This document shows positions 28,457 to 37,868 of a stretch of DNA of 64,000 bases, in pieces (the stretch's first letter is position 1; every line of letters begins with the position of its first letter). Location of the stretch: positions 2,336,001 through 2,400,000 of the forward strand of contig OZ244160.1 of assembly GCA_965216325.1 (NCBI GenBank). Reading direction: 5' to 3'. The notes under the pieces are model-generated. The model saw nothing but the letters and a program-made list of their open reading frames with translations. It made no database searches and was not told the origin of the DNA. This stretch comes from Coraliomargarita sp. (GTDB lineage: Bacteria; Verrucomicrobiota; Verrucomicrobiia; Opitutales; Coraliomargaritaceae). The position numbers and the translations under genes are program-made.

Positions 28457-29629
28457 ATGCTTGACTTACTCCATCAGCTATACACCAACACAGGATTCGA
28501 CACGATCAGCTGGCAAATGCTGGTGATGTGGGCCGTTGTCGTAGCACTGCTCTATTTGGCGGTCTACAAGCAATTTGAACCACTTCTACTCGTGCCGATT
28601 GCTTTTGGTGCCTTGCTGGCAAACTTGCCAACTGAAGGCATTATGGAAGGTCTGCATTTTGCGGGTCAACACTATGAGCTCAAGGAAGATGGTACGGGTG
28701 GTTTGTTCTATTATCTCTTTCAAGGGATTCACTTAGAACTCTTTCCTCCGATCATTTTTATGGGTGTGGGGGCGCTGACTGATTTTGGTCCACTGATCGC
28801 GAACCCAAGAGTGTTCCTCTTGGGGGCTGCGGCTCAGTTTGGCGTCTTCGGCGTCTTTATTGCCGCTGGATTCATGAAGTATATCGGCATCGAATATAGC
28901 CTGCAGGAAGCGGGCGCCATCAGCATCATCGGTGGTGCGGATGGCCCCACTTCGATCTTTCTTGCGAACAAGCTGGCTCCCAGCCTGATCGGCGCGATTG
29001 CGGTTTCGGCGTATAGTTACATGGCACTGGTTCCGGTGATTCAGCCGCCAATCATGCGGGCGCTGACTAATGAGCAGGAACGCAAGATCCGTATGCAGAG
29101 CTTGCGCCAAGTTTCCAAACTCGAGAAGCTGATCTTTGCGGTTCTGATTATGATGGTGTGCATTATCTTGGTGCCGCCTGCCTCGCCGCTGATGTTCATG
29201 CTCTTCCTGGGTAACTTCATGCGTGAGTGTGGTGTCGTTGAGCGCCTGAGTAAGGCTTCTCAAAACGAGATCATCAATATTGTCACGATCTTCCTGGGCA
29301 CCAGTGTGGGCATTACTATGAACGGTGATACCTTCCTGACCGCTCAAACGCTTGGTATTCTTTGTCTCGGTATCGTTGCATTCGCAATGGCGACTGCATC
29401 GGGCATCTGGATGGCCAAGATCATGAACCTGTTTTCTAAAAACAAGATCAACCCCTTGATTGGCTCTGCTGGTGTGAGCGCCGTTCCTATGGCTGCTCGC
29501 GTCAGTCAGGTAGAAGGCCAGAAGGCCGACCCGTCGAACTTCCTGCTGATGCATGCGATGGGGCCGAATGTTGCGGGTGTGATTGGCACTGCTCTGGTAG
29601 CCGGGTTCTTCATGACCGTCCTTTCCTAA
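28457..29629 (+). CDS. mmdB: Na+-translocating decarboxylase beta subunit
   Basis: [38 protein letters not shown] and [12 protein letters not shown] motifs. Confidence 0.95.
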   Translation: MLDLLHQLYTNTGFDTISWQMLVMWAVVVALLYLAVYKQFEPLLLVPIAFGALLANLPTEGIMEGLHFAGQHYELKEDGTGGLFYYLFQGIHLELFPPIIFMGVGALTDFGPLIANPRVFLLGAAAQFGVFGVFIAAGFMKYIGIEYSLQEAGAISIIGGADGPTSIFLANKLAPSLIGAIAVSAYSYMALVPVIQPPIMRALTNEQERKIRMQSLRQVSKLEKLIFAVLIMMVCIILVPPASPLMFMLFLGNFMRECGVVERLSKASQNEIINIVTIFLGTSVGITMNGDTFLTAQTLGILCLGIVAFAMATASGIWMAKIMNLFSKNKINPLIGSAGVSAVPMAARVSQVEGQKADPSNFLLMHAMGPNVAGVIGTALVAGFFMTVLS

Positions 29630-29674
29630 TTTTTCCTTAAATCTAAAGTATTCACTTCACCAATACGAACTGTC

Positions 29675-31171
29675 ATGCCAACTGCGACGACAACATATCC
29701 AATCCTCACTGCCGATGAAGCGGCAGCTCTCATTAACAACGGCGACATCGTCGGCTTCTCCGGATTCACCCCCGCGGGTGCCGCGAAGGAAATTCCGACT
29801 GCGCTGGCTCGACGTGCGGCCTCTGAGCATGAAGCCGGACGTGAGTTCAAGGTCGGGGTGGTAACTGGTGCGTCAACCGGTGACAGTCTCGATGGCGAGT
29901 TAGCACGCGCGAATGCAGTCCTCTTTCGCACACCGTATCAAAGTAACGGCGACCTGCGTAAGGCGATTAATAAGGGCGAGACGCACTTCTTCGATATGCA
30001 CCTTTCTGTACTGCCACAGGCGGCACGCTATGGTCACCTCGGTAAGTTCAAGTTCGCCGTCGTTGAAGCTGCAGACGTCACCGAAGATGGTGAGATCATC
30101 CTGACCACATCGGTTGGTGCGTCGAATACCTTCTGTACCGTGGCTGACAAGATTCTGATCGAACTTAATGAGTTCCACCCGAAGGAACTCAATGGTTTGC
30201 ATGACATCTACGAGCCACTGGATCCGCCATACCGTAAGGAAATTCCGATCTACAAGGTGAAGGACCGTATCGGTACCGCAGGTGTTAAGGTCGATCCATC
30301 CAAAATTGTCGGTATCGTGAAGACGAACCGCGCAGACGAAGTCGGTGGCTTCAAGGATCCGGATGAAGCGACACTGAAGATTGGTGAGAATGTTGCCAAC
30401 TTCCTTGCGGATGAAATCGAGGCGGGGCGCATTCCAAAGGAGTTCCTTCCGATTCAGTCCGGTGTGGGCAATATCGCCAATGCAGTTCTGGGCGCGATGG
30501 GCGCGAATGAAAAGATCCCGCCGTTCGAAATGTATTCTGAAGTCATTCAGGACAGCGTGATCGACCTGATGCGCAATGGTGACATCACTTTCGGTTCGGC
30601 GACCTCGCTTACGGTATCTCCCGAGCGCTTAAAGGAAGTCTACGAGAATCTCGATTTCTTCAAAGAGCGTATGATGCTGCGCCCACAGGAGCTTTCCAAT
30701 AATCCGGAAATGGTCCGTCGCTTGGGTATTATCACCATCAACACTGCGATCGAAGTGGATATCTTCGGTAACGTGAACTCAACCCACGTTATGGGTAAGA
30801 GCCTCATGAATGGTATCGGTGGCTCCGGTGACTTCACACGTAACGCTTACATCTCGATCTTTACTTGCCCGTCGATTGCGAAGGACGGTGCGATTAGCAC
30901 CATCGTTCCCTTGGTTGCGCACTTAGACCACAGTGAGCACTCTGTGAATGTGATCATCACCGAGCAAGGTGTGGCCGACCTCCGTGGTAAGGACCCTGTG
31001 CAACGTGCACACGAGATCATTCTCAAGTGTGCGCACCCAGAATATCGCGATCAGCTACTGCAATACATGGGCGACACGAAGAACGGCCACACTCCGCAGA
31101 CTCTGAGTAAGGCATTTGCGATGCACCAAGCCTTCCTTGAGAAGAAGGACATGCGCGGCGTCGAAATGTAG
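29675..31171 (+). CDS. scpC: Succinate/propionate CoA-transferase (acetyl-CoA hydrolase/transferase family)
   Basis: SGFTPAG, QSGVGNIANAV, YSEVIQD, GNVNSTH and NGIGGSGDF motifs. Confidence 0.85.
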   Translation: MPTATTTYPILTADEAAALINNGDIVGFSGFTPAGAAKEIPTALARRAASEHEAGREFKVGVVTGASTGDSLDGELARANAVLFRTPYQSNGDLRKAINKGETHFFDMHLSVLPQAARYGHLGKFKFAVVEAADVTEDGEIILTTSVGASNTFCTVADKILIELNEFHPKELNGLHDIYEPLDPPYRKEIPIYKVKDRIGTAGVKVDPSKIVGIVKTNRADEVGGFKDPDEATLKIGENVANFLADEIEAGRIPKEFLPIQSGVGNIANAVLGAMGANEKIPPFEMYSEVIQDSVIDLMRNGDITFGSATSLTVSPERLKEVYENLDFFKERMMLRPQELSNNPEMVRRLGIITINTAIEVDIFGNVNSTHVMGKSLMNGIGGSGDFTRNAYISIFTCPSIAKDGAISTIVPLVAHLDHSEHSVNVIITEQGVADLRGKDPVQRAHEIILKCAHPEYRDQLLQYMGDTKNGHTPQTLSKAFAMHQAFLEKKDMRGVEM

Positions 31172-31184
31172 TGCGGAGCACGGC

Positions 31185-31273
31185 TCTTAATCTTACTCCT
31201 AATCTTACTCTTAATCTGATAGGGCTCTGTTCTTGATGAGAGAGTAGGATTAGGATTAAGAGTAAGATTAAGA
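31185..31273. repeat. Inverted array of hexamer repeats (TCYTAM)n..(GAKTAR)n
   Basis: Left arm tcttaa tcttac tcctaa tcttac tcttaa tc; right arm gagtag gattag gattaa gagtaa gattaa ga. Confidence 0.8.
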
Positions 31274-31280
31274 ATTTAGT

Positions 31281-32252
31281 ATGCGAGCAGCTCCAGATAT
31301 TGATTCACTCGTCGAAGGTGTACTAACCGGTGACCGTGCACGTCTTGCACGGGCAATCACACTGGTCGAGAGCCGTGCGCCGAAGCACGCCCCGTATGCT
31401 CAGGAACTGATGCAGCATATCTTGCCGCACACGGGTGGCGCGATGCGCATCGGTTTGACGGGTGTTCCGGGTGCAGGGAAAAGCACGACGATCGAAGCGC
31501 TCGGCATGATGCTGTGTAAGCAGGGTAAAAAAGTGGCCGTGCTTGCAGTCGATCCCAGTAGTTCGATCCATGGGGGCAGTATCCTTGGCGACAAGACTCG
31601 CATGGAAGACCTCTGCCGCGAAGAAAATGCCTTTATTCGGCCGTCGCCATCGGGCAGTAGCCTTGGAGGTGTAGCAGCGCGCACGCGCGAAGGTCTCCTG
31701 CTCTGTGAAGCGGCTGGCTATGATGTGATCATCGTCGAAACCGTGGGTGTTGGGCAAAGCGAGACCGAAGTGCGCACCATGACGGACTTTTTCCTCTTGC
31801 TGCAAATCGCCGGGGCTGGCGATGAGCTTCAAGGCATCAAGAAGGGCGTGATCGAGCTTGCGGATGCGATTGTGGTGAACAAGGCGGACGGCGATAACAA
31901 GGTCCGCGCACGCCAAGCGAAAGTGGAATACACCCGTGTGTTGCACTTCCTGCATCCCTTCACGCCAGGATGGACCCCGAAGGCGCTGACCTGCTCGGCG
32001 CTCGAGGGTGATGGCATCGACAAGGTATGGGACTTGATTTGCGAGTTCCGTGAGCAACTCACTGCCAGCGGTGTGTTTGAACAGCGCCGCCGTGAGCAGA
32101 ATGTGGATTGGTTCCACTCTTTGATGCAGCAGGCGGTGATGCAGCGCTTTACCCTGCAGAAAGCGGATCAAATTCAATCCATGGAAGCCGCGGTGGGGCA
32201 GGGCGAACTGCCGGTTTCGGTCGCGCTAAATGAATTGCTGAAGGACGATTGA
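31281..32252 (+). CDS. meaB: Methylmalonyl-CoA mutase-associated GTPase MeaB
   Basis: GVPGAGKST, AVDPSS..GGSILGDKTRM, ETVGVGQSE, GDELQGIKKG and NKAD motifs. Confidence 0.95.
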   Translation: MRAAPDIDSLVEGVLTGDRARLARAITLVESRAPKHAPYAQELMQHILPHTGGAMRIGLTGVPGAGKSTTIEALGMMLCKQGKKVAVLAVDPSSSIHGGSILGDKTRMEDLCREENAFIRPSPSGSSLGGVAARTREGLLLCEAAGYDVIIVETVGVGQSETEVRTMTDFFLLLQIAGAGDELQGIKKGVIELADAIVVNKADGDNKVRARQAKVEYTRVLHFLHPFTPGWTPKALTCSALEGDGIDKVWDLICEFREQLTASGVFEQRRREQNVDWFHSLMQQAVMQRFTLQKADQIQSMEAAVGQGELPVSVALNELLKDD

Positions 32253-32257
32253 TTCGT

Positions 32258-32377
32258 CCGTAGGGGCGTTGCTTGCCGTTTCGACAGGCTCAAGGCCCCG
32301 AGTCTATCGAGGGGCGGCGCCCGCTCAGAGCAAAAGCCCTTCAGCTTAGGCGGGCTTCGCAAGCAACGCCCCTACGG
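32258..32377. repeat. GTAG REP doublet; empty homolog of the IS110 target REP
   Basis: ccgtaggggcgttgcttgc..gcaagcaacgcccctacgg, with a nested ttcgacaggctcaaggccccgagtctatcgagggg insert. Confidence 0.85.
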
Positions 32378-32428
32378 AATGTCTGGCTCCCGTGTTGACC
32401 CATTTGGTCAATTAGGGAAATTGAGCTT

Positions 32429-33403
32429 ATGCTCACTCCCGAATACCGTGGTGGACTGTATCTGCCGACTTGTGATCTGTGGTTGGACGCTCCCAAGCGT
32501 AAACCATTTGCAGTGGTCTCGCATGCGCACGGTGACCACGTGGCCCGGCACGAGTGCTTTCTGGCAACGCCTGCAACGATTGATCTGATTCGTGTGCGCA
32601 TGGGGGACTCGGTCGCGCAGCGCGGGGTGAAGTTGCCATTCGGTGAGACCTATCAAGGCAAGGGGTACACGGTGCGGCTCTTGCCTGCTGGTCACGTGCT
32701 CGGATCCGCGATGGTCTTGATTGAAACTGAGCGCGGGGAGTCGCTGCTCTACACGGGCGACTTTAAAACCAAGCAGGGTCTTTCTGCGGAGGCATTACAA
32801 GTGGTGCGCGCAGAGACCTTGATCATGGAAACGACCTTCGGGCGACCGAACTATGTATTTCCCTCTACGGAGGATCTACACGAGCGTATCCGCAGTTTTT
32901 GTGCGGAGACCTTGAGTACGGGGCAAACGCCGGTGTTATTGGCTTATTCCTTGGGCAAGGCGCAGGAGGTGTTGAAGATACTCGAGGGGCATGGCTTTTC
33001 ACTAATGGCGCATGCGAAGGTGCGTGAATTGAATCAGGTTTACAGCTATCATGGTATCCAGATGCCGGATACGCGGCCACTGGACTTCTTGAATATGGAT
33101 GGCCAAGTGGTGGTCATGCCACCTGCGGTGTCGAAAAAACTGCCCAAGCAGAATTGCCACGTCGCGATGGTGAGTGGCTGGGGCTTGGATGGCTCCGCTC
33201 GCTATCGCTATGGGGTCGATATGATGCTACCACTGTCTGATCACGCAGACTATCCAGACTTGTTGGGCTTTGTGGAGCAGGTGAGCCCGAAGCAGGTCTA
33301 TACCATGCATGGCTACGACCAGGACTTCGCGGCAGATCTGCGTGCACTCGGCATTACTGCCTGGTCGCTCAAGGGGCGGGATCAGCTAGAGCTATCGCTT
33401 TAG
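32429..33403 (+). CDS. Metallo-beta-lactamase / beta-CASP-type nuclease
   Basis: SHAHGDH, AGHVLGS, YTGDF, METTFG, YSLGKAQE, LSDHADY and MHG motifs. Confidence 0.85.
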   Translation: MLTPEYRGGLYLPTCDLWLDAPKRKPFAVVSHAHGDHVARHECFLATPATIDLIRVRMGDSVAQRGVKLPFGETYQGKGYTVRLLPAGHVLGSAMVLIETERGESLLYTGDFKTKQGLSAEALQVVRAETLIMETTFGRPNYVFPSTEDLHERIRSFCAETLSTGQTPVLLAYSLGKAQEVLKILEGHGFSLMAHAKVRELNQVYSYHGIQMPDTRPLDFLNMDGQVVVMPPAVSKKLPKQNCHVAMVSGWGLDGSARYRYGVDMMLPLSDHADYPDLLGFVEQVSPKQVYTMHGYDQDFAADLRALGITAWSLKGRDQLELSL

Positions 33404-33501
33404 CAATTGATTCTGACTGCTGACTGTCCCGGTTCTTTGTTGCACAAAGCCCGGTCTTCTTATCACTTCGTTCTTCGGAACTATCTTCTGACTCCTTAAA
33501 A

Positions 33502-33747
33502 ATGCATCATGAACAACCGAATAACCCGCTGCATGGCTACACGCTGGAGGCGATTGTGACCAACCTGCAGGAATACTACGGTTGGGAAGGGCTAGGTGAG
33601 CGCATCAATATTCGCTGCTTTCAGAATGACCCCTCAGTGAAGTCGAGCCTGAAGTTTTTACGCAAGACACCTTGGGCGCGCAAAGAGGTGGAAGACCTGT
33701 TTGTCTATACGCTGAAGAAGTATGGCGAATCGGAGTCTTCCTCATGA
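33502..33747 (+). CDS. VF530/DUF2132 family DNA-binding protein
   Basis: NNPLHG.TLE, YGW and [21 protein letters not shown] motifs. Confidence 0.9.
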   Translation: MHHEQPNNPLHGYTLEAIVTNLQEYYGWEGLGERINIRCFQNDPSVKSSLKFLRKTPWARKEVEDLFVYTLKKYGESESSS

Positions 33748-33836
<89 letters not shown>

Positions 33837-33920
33837 TTGACAGGATCCAAGCAGATCGTGAGAGCTGACTCTGTGAATAATTCAATTGACGCTGGTGGTG
33901 TGATCATGGACACAGGGGCC

Positions 33921-34676
33921 ATGATCGAAACTCCATCAGATGTAAATGGCATCCCAGCGGATGCAGCGGTAACCGCCAGCGGTCTGGCATCACGCGTGCT
34001 CGCAGCAGGCGAGGGCGGCGAGAGCCCCGCAGCAGCCGATACGGTGACTGTGCACTACAGTGGCTGGACCACGGACGGACAGCTGTTCGACAGCTCCGTA
34101 AAGCGCGGTCAGCCAGCAAGCTTCCCACTCAATCGCGTGATCAAGGGCTGGACCGAAGGTTTGCAGCTCATGGTGCCGGGCGAGAAGCGCCGCTTTTGGA
34201 TCCCAGCTGAGCTTGCGTATGGTGAGAATGCTGGTGGCGGCCGCCCGAGCGGCATGCTGGTTTTCGACGTGGAGCTCCTTTCCGTGCAAAAAGCACCTGA
34301 GCCACCGAAGACTCCGGAAGATGTTGCTGCAGCCCCAGCGGATGCTGAAGTGCGCGACAGCGGTCTTGCTTCCAAGGTGATCAAGGCGGGTTCTGGTAGC
34401 ACGAACCCGACCAAGGATAGCATGGTGACCGTTCACTACAGCGGTTGGACCACCGATGGTCAGCTGTTTGATAGCTCCGTTTTGCGCGGTGAACCCGCAA
34501 GCTTTGGCCTGTTTCAAGTGATCCCGGGTTGGACCGAAGGTGTGCAGCTGATGGTTGAAGGCGAAACCCGTCGCTTCTGGATCCCTGGCAAGCTTGCTTA
34601 CGGCGACAAGCCACAAGGCGGTGCACCAGCGGGCACACTGGTCTTCGATGTCGAGTTGATCAAAATCGGTCGTTAG
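33921..34676 (+). CDS. Tandem double-domain FKBP-type peptidyl-prolyl isomerase
   Basis: Two copies of VTVHYSGWTTDGQLFDSS..VI.GWTEG..RRFWIP..LAYG..LVFDVEL. Start uncertain (33906 or 33921). Confidence 0.92.
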   Translation: MIETPSDVNGIPADAAVTASGLASRVLAAGEGGESPAAADTVTVHYSGWTTDGQLFDSSVKRGQPASFPLNRVIKGWTEGLQLMVPGEKRRFWIPAELAYGENAGGGRPSGMLVFDVELLSVQKAPEPPKTPEDVAAAPADAEVRDSGLASKVIKAGSGSTNPTKDSMVTVHYSGWTTDGQLFDSSVLRGEPASFGLFQVIPGWTEGVQLMVEGETRRFWIPGKLAYGDKPQGGAPAGTLVFDVELIKIGR

Positions 34677-34784
34677 ATAGAGCTTTCGCGAGGACTGAAA
34701 AATTCCTGCAAAGACTATTGACAAGGCAGGCGATCACGGAAGGATATGCCTCCTTCAATCGCCGAGCTGCCTAGGTAGTTCGCT

Positions 34785-34904
<120 letters not shown>

Positions 34905-34956
34905 CGGATTTAGGGGTGTGAACTTGAAAGGGGAGAGCCTTTGAGCGATTGAGAGT

Positions 34957-36483
34957 TTATAGCGAGGGGGGCGCCCAGTTGGGAATGCCTGTCGTTGCTT
35001 TCTGCTGCTCATACTTGCCCAGATACTGTTTTTCGGCATCGAGTGGGGCGTCTTCATTGACCATGAGCGGGCGCACTTCGTCCCACCATTTGTCGTAAGC
35101 GGTGAGCATCGCTTCGGCGCGTTCGGGGTGTTTGGCTATCAGATCGTGTGCTTCGCCTGGGTCTTCTGTGGTCTTGTAGAGCTCTAGTGTGGGTTTGTTG
35201 GGAGTTTCGCCTGTGTTTCCAACCAAGCGCCATACTTCGCTGCGGACTGCGAACTGTTGATACTTAGCGCCGTCTGGCTCGAAGGGAGGAATGCTATGAA
35301 TGCCCTGGCCTTTCTCCGACCAGCGACCCAAATGGAAAAAGCTGAGGCGATCCGGCCATTCTATCTCGGGGCTCTCGATGAGTGGCAGTAAATTGCGGCC
35401 ATCGAGATCCAGCCCCTCGGGCAATTCGGCATCGGCGATTGCTGCGAAGGTGGGGAAAATGTCGTAGTGACGTGCGAATTGCTCGACGTCGACGCCTGCT
35501 TTAGTAACGCCGGGGAAACGAACGAAGAAGGGAACTCGGGTGGCCCCTTCGTAGTTTGTGGCTTTTCTGCCACGCATGCCAGCGTTGAAGATGTAGTCAC
35601 CGCGTGCAGTGCCATTGTCGGTCATGAAAATGAGAACGGTGTTCTCTGTCAGTTGCCACGCATCTAGCTTTTCCATGAGTAAGCCCATGTTATCGTCGAT
35701 GTTGGTGATCATGCCGAGGAAGTGGATGACTTCCTCTCGCTGTGCTTCGGGCACTTCGTCGCAGAGTTCCGCATAGATGGCGGCATATGCTTCGGGAGCG
35801 ATGAATGGACCGTGCGGAGCGTTGGTTGAAAGAAAGGCAAAGAAAGGCTGATCGTTTTTCTTAGCTTTGATCCATGCCAGGGCTTGTTGGAAAAACACAT
35901 CTGTGCAGTAACCCTCGGTTTGGACGAAGCGGTCGTTATGCTTCAGGATGGGGTTGAAATACGAGTTGCCTGGCACATCGGCTTGGCTTCCAGGATACAC
36001 TTGTCCGATGCCACCGGCACCATGAATGAAGACTTCATCGAAGCCCCGATTCTCGGGTTGATAGGCGTCGTCTTCGCCCAGGTGCCATTTCCCGAAAATA
36101 CCTGTGGTATAGCCTGCATTTTGAAGCACTTCGGCAATGGTTGTGGCCGAGAGTGCCATGCGCTCGCGCTCATAAATGGTATGGGTGATGCCAACTTTAA
36201 ATGGAGCCAGACCTGACATCAGGGCCCCACGTGTCGGCGCACAGGTCGGGCTGGTATGAAAGTCGGTAAAGCGTGTGCTTTGCGCATACAGCTTGTCTAG
36301 GTTTGGTGTTTTCAGAAACGGATGCCCGTGGCAGGCCAGATCGCCGTAGCCTTGGTCATCGGTCATAACCAAGATAATGTTCGGCGGGCTGTTCTCGTGT
36401 GCCCCGATGCTGGATGGCTCTGCGCCGTAACAGGCGGAGAGGAGTAGGGCGGGGGCTAGCAAAATGGCGGAGGGGACTTTCAT
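34957..36483 (-). CDS. Formylglycine-dependent (S1) sulfatase, secreted or lipoprotein
   Basis: PNIILVMTDDQGY, CAPTRGALMSG, GKWHLG, NAPHGP and TDNG motifs; LSAC lipobox-like signal. Confidence 0.95.
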   Translation of the reverse strand: MKVPSAILLAPALLLSACYGAEPSSIGAHENSPPNIILVMTDDQGYGDLACHGHPFLKTPNLDKLYAQSTRFTDFHTSPTCAPTRGALMSGLAPFKVGITHTIYERERMALSATTIAEVLQNAGYTTGIFGKWHLGEDDAYQPENRGFDEVFIHGAGGIGQVYPGSQADVPGNSYFNPILKHNDRFVQTEGYCTDVFFQQALAWIKAKKNDQPFFAFLSTNAPHGPFIAPEAYAAIYAELCDEVPEAQREEVIHFLGMITNIDDNMGLLMEKLDAWQLTENTVLIFMTDNGTARGDYIFNAGMRGRKATNYEGATRVPFFVRFPGVTKAGVDVEQFARHYDIFPTFAAIADAELPEGLDLDGRNLLPLIESPEIEWPDRLSFFHLGRWSEKGQGIHSIPPFEPDGAKYQQFAVRSEVWRLVGNTGETPNKPTLELYKTTEDPGEAHDLIAKHPERAEAMLTAYDKWWDEVRPLMVNEDAPLDAEKQYLGKYEQQKATTGIPNWAPPSL

Positions 36484-36486
36484 GAT

Positions 36487-37863
36487 CTATTCGTTGGAGG
36501 CCATTGGATTTTCCAAGGCACCATGTTGTTCCAGTTCTTGATCCAGCTCTACCGGGATCAGCGCGAGTGCGTCGCCGGGCTCTAGAGTGATTTTGATGAC
36601 ACTGTGAACAGTGTGCTGCTTTTCACCTTTAAGTGTTACGGTGAGTGCATCGTCGGTCTGCTTTACGTCGACCTTCTCTCCGCCGAGTGCTTCCCAAGTC
36701 ACGACCTTGCGCGGAAGTGCAGGTAGCTTGAGTGCTCCGTTGGTCCACTGAAACACATGCAGGTATAGGCTGTCACCTTTCATATTGGATCCGCCCCATT
36801 GGCCGCTGATATAGGGGCCACCTTCAGTGCCATAGATGCTCTCTCCGTAGGTCTCGATCCATGGCTCGAACTGTTTGAGGTTCTCCAGTTCGGACGGGCG
36901 GATTGAGCCGTCGGCCATCGGGCCGATATTCAGGAGCAGATTCCCACAACCGGTGACGCATGCGGCCAGCATCTCTGCGCACTTCTCAAAACTGGCTGTA
37001 ATGGCTTCGGGCCGGTAAGACCAACCACCGTGACCGTTAGGGCCTTTCGACATTGGCATGCAGGTCTCCCAAGGGAAGTCCTTGTGGAAGACGCCAACCT
37101 TGCCTTCGGGGGTGAAGAAGTCGCCCTGCGTGAGCTCGACCATTCCGGGAGGTGGAGTGCCTGCGATGTCGGTTTTGATAAACTTGGCGGCGCGGTCGTT
37201 GATGATGATATTGGGCTGTAGTTCATAGATCATCTCGAAGAGTTCATCGAAACGATAGTCGTCCCAGGTGCCGGCTACGTGGTCGAACCACAGCATGTCA
37301 ACTTGGCCATAATCTGTTAGCAGTTCACGGATTTGTCCGTGATAGAAATCGTTATACTTGCTGTTGTCACCGACGAGGTAGTCCGGGTGATACCAGTCAC
37401 GAGTCGAGTAATACCAACCGAGTTTCAGGCCATGCTTGCGACAGGCATCGGCGAGCTCTTTGCAAATGTCGCGCTTAAAGGGCGTGTTGCTGATGTTGTA
37501 GTCTGATAGTTTCGTTGGCCACATGGCGAAGCCATCATGGTGCTTGGCGGTAAACACCAGATACTTCATGCCCGCCGCTTTTGCTGTCCGGACGATCTCA
37601 TCGGCATCGAAGTTTACCGGATTGAACTCTTTGTAGAGCTGGTCGTAAACCGCGTCGGGCACGACGTTCAGTTCACCGGGCCAGTCGAAGGGATGTGTTT
37701 TTCGTGCCCAGCTGATCTCAACGCCTTTGACGCTGGATGGACCCCAGTGGATGAACAAGCCGAACTTGGCGTCCTGCCACCAGTCCATCTTGTTTGCGTC
37801 GGATGCGGATGCACTCAGTGTGATGCCAAGTGCTCCGAGTATGCCTAGTAAAGCTCGTTTCAT
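36487..37863 (-). CDS. Alpha-L-fucosidase (GH29)
   Basis: WWQDAKFGLFIHWG, AGMKY.VFTAKHHDGF, LWFD and GNLLLNIGP..DG motifs; signal peptide. Confidence 0.95.
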   Translation of the reverse strand: MKRALLGILGALGITLSASASDANKMDWWQDAKFGLFIHWGPSSVKGVEISWARKTHPFDWPGELNVVPDAVYDQLYKEFNPVNFDADEIVRTAKAAGMKYLVFTAKHHDGFAMWPTKLSDYNISNTPFKRDICKELADACRKHGLKLGWYYSTRDWYHPDYLVGDNSKYNDFYHGQIRELLTDYGQVDMLWFDHVAGTWDDYRFDELFEMIYELQPNIIINDRAAKFIKTDIAGTPPPGMVELTQGDFFTPEGKVGVFHKDFPWETCMPMSKGPNGHGGWSYRPEAITASFEKCAEMLAACVTGCGNLLLNIGPMADGSIRPSELENLKQFEPWIETYGESIYGTEGGPYISGQWGGSNMKGDSLYLHVFQWTNGALKLPALPRKVVTWEALGGEKVDVKQTDDALTVTLKGEKQHTVHSVIKITLEPGDALALIPVELDQELEQHGALENPMASNE

Positions 37864-37868
37864 TATGA

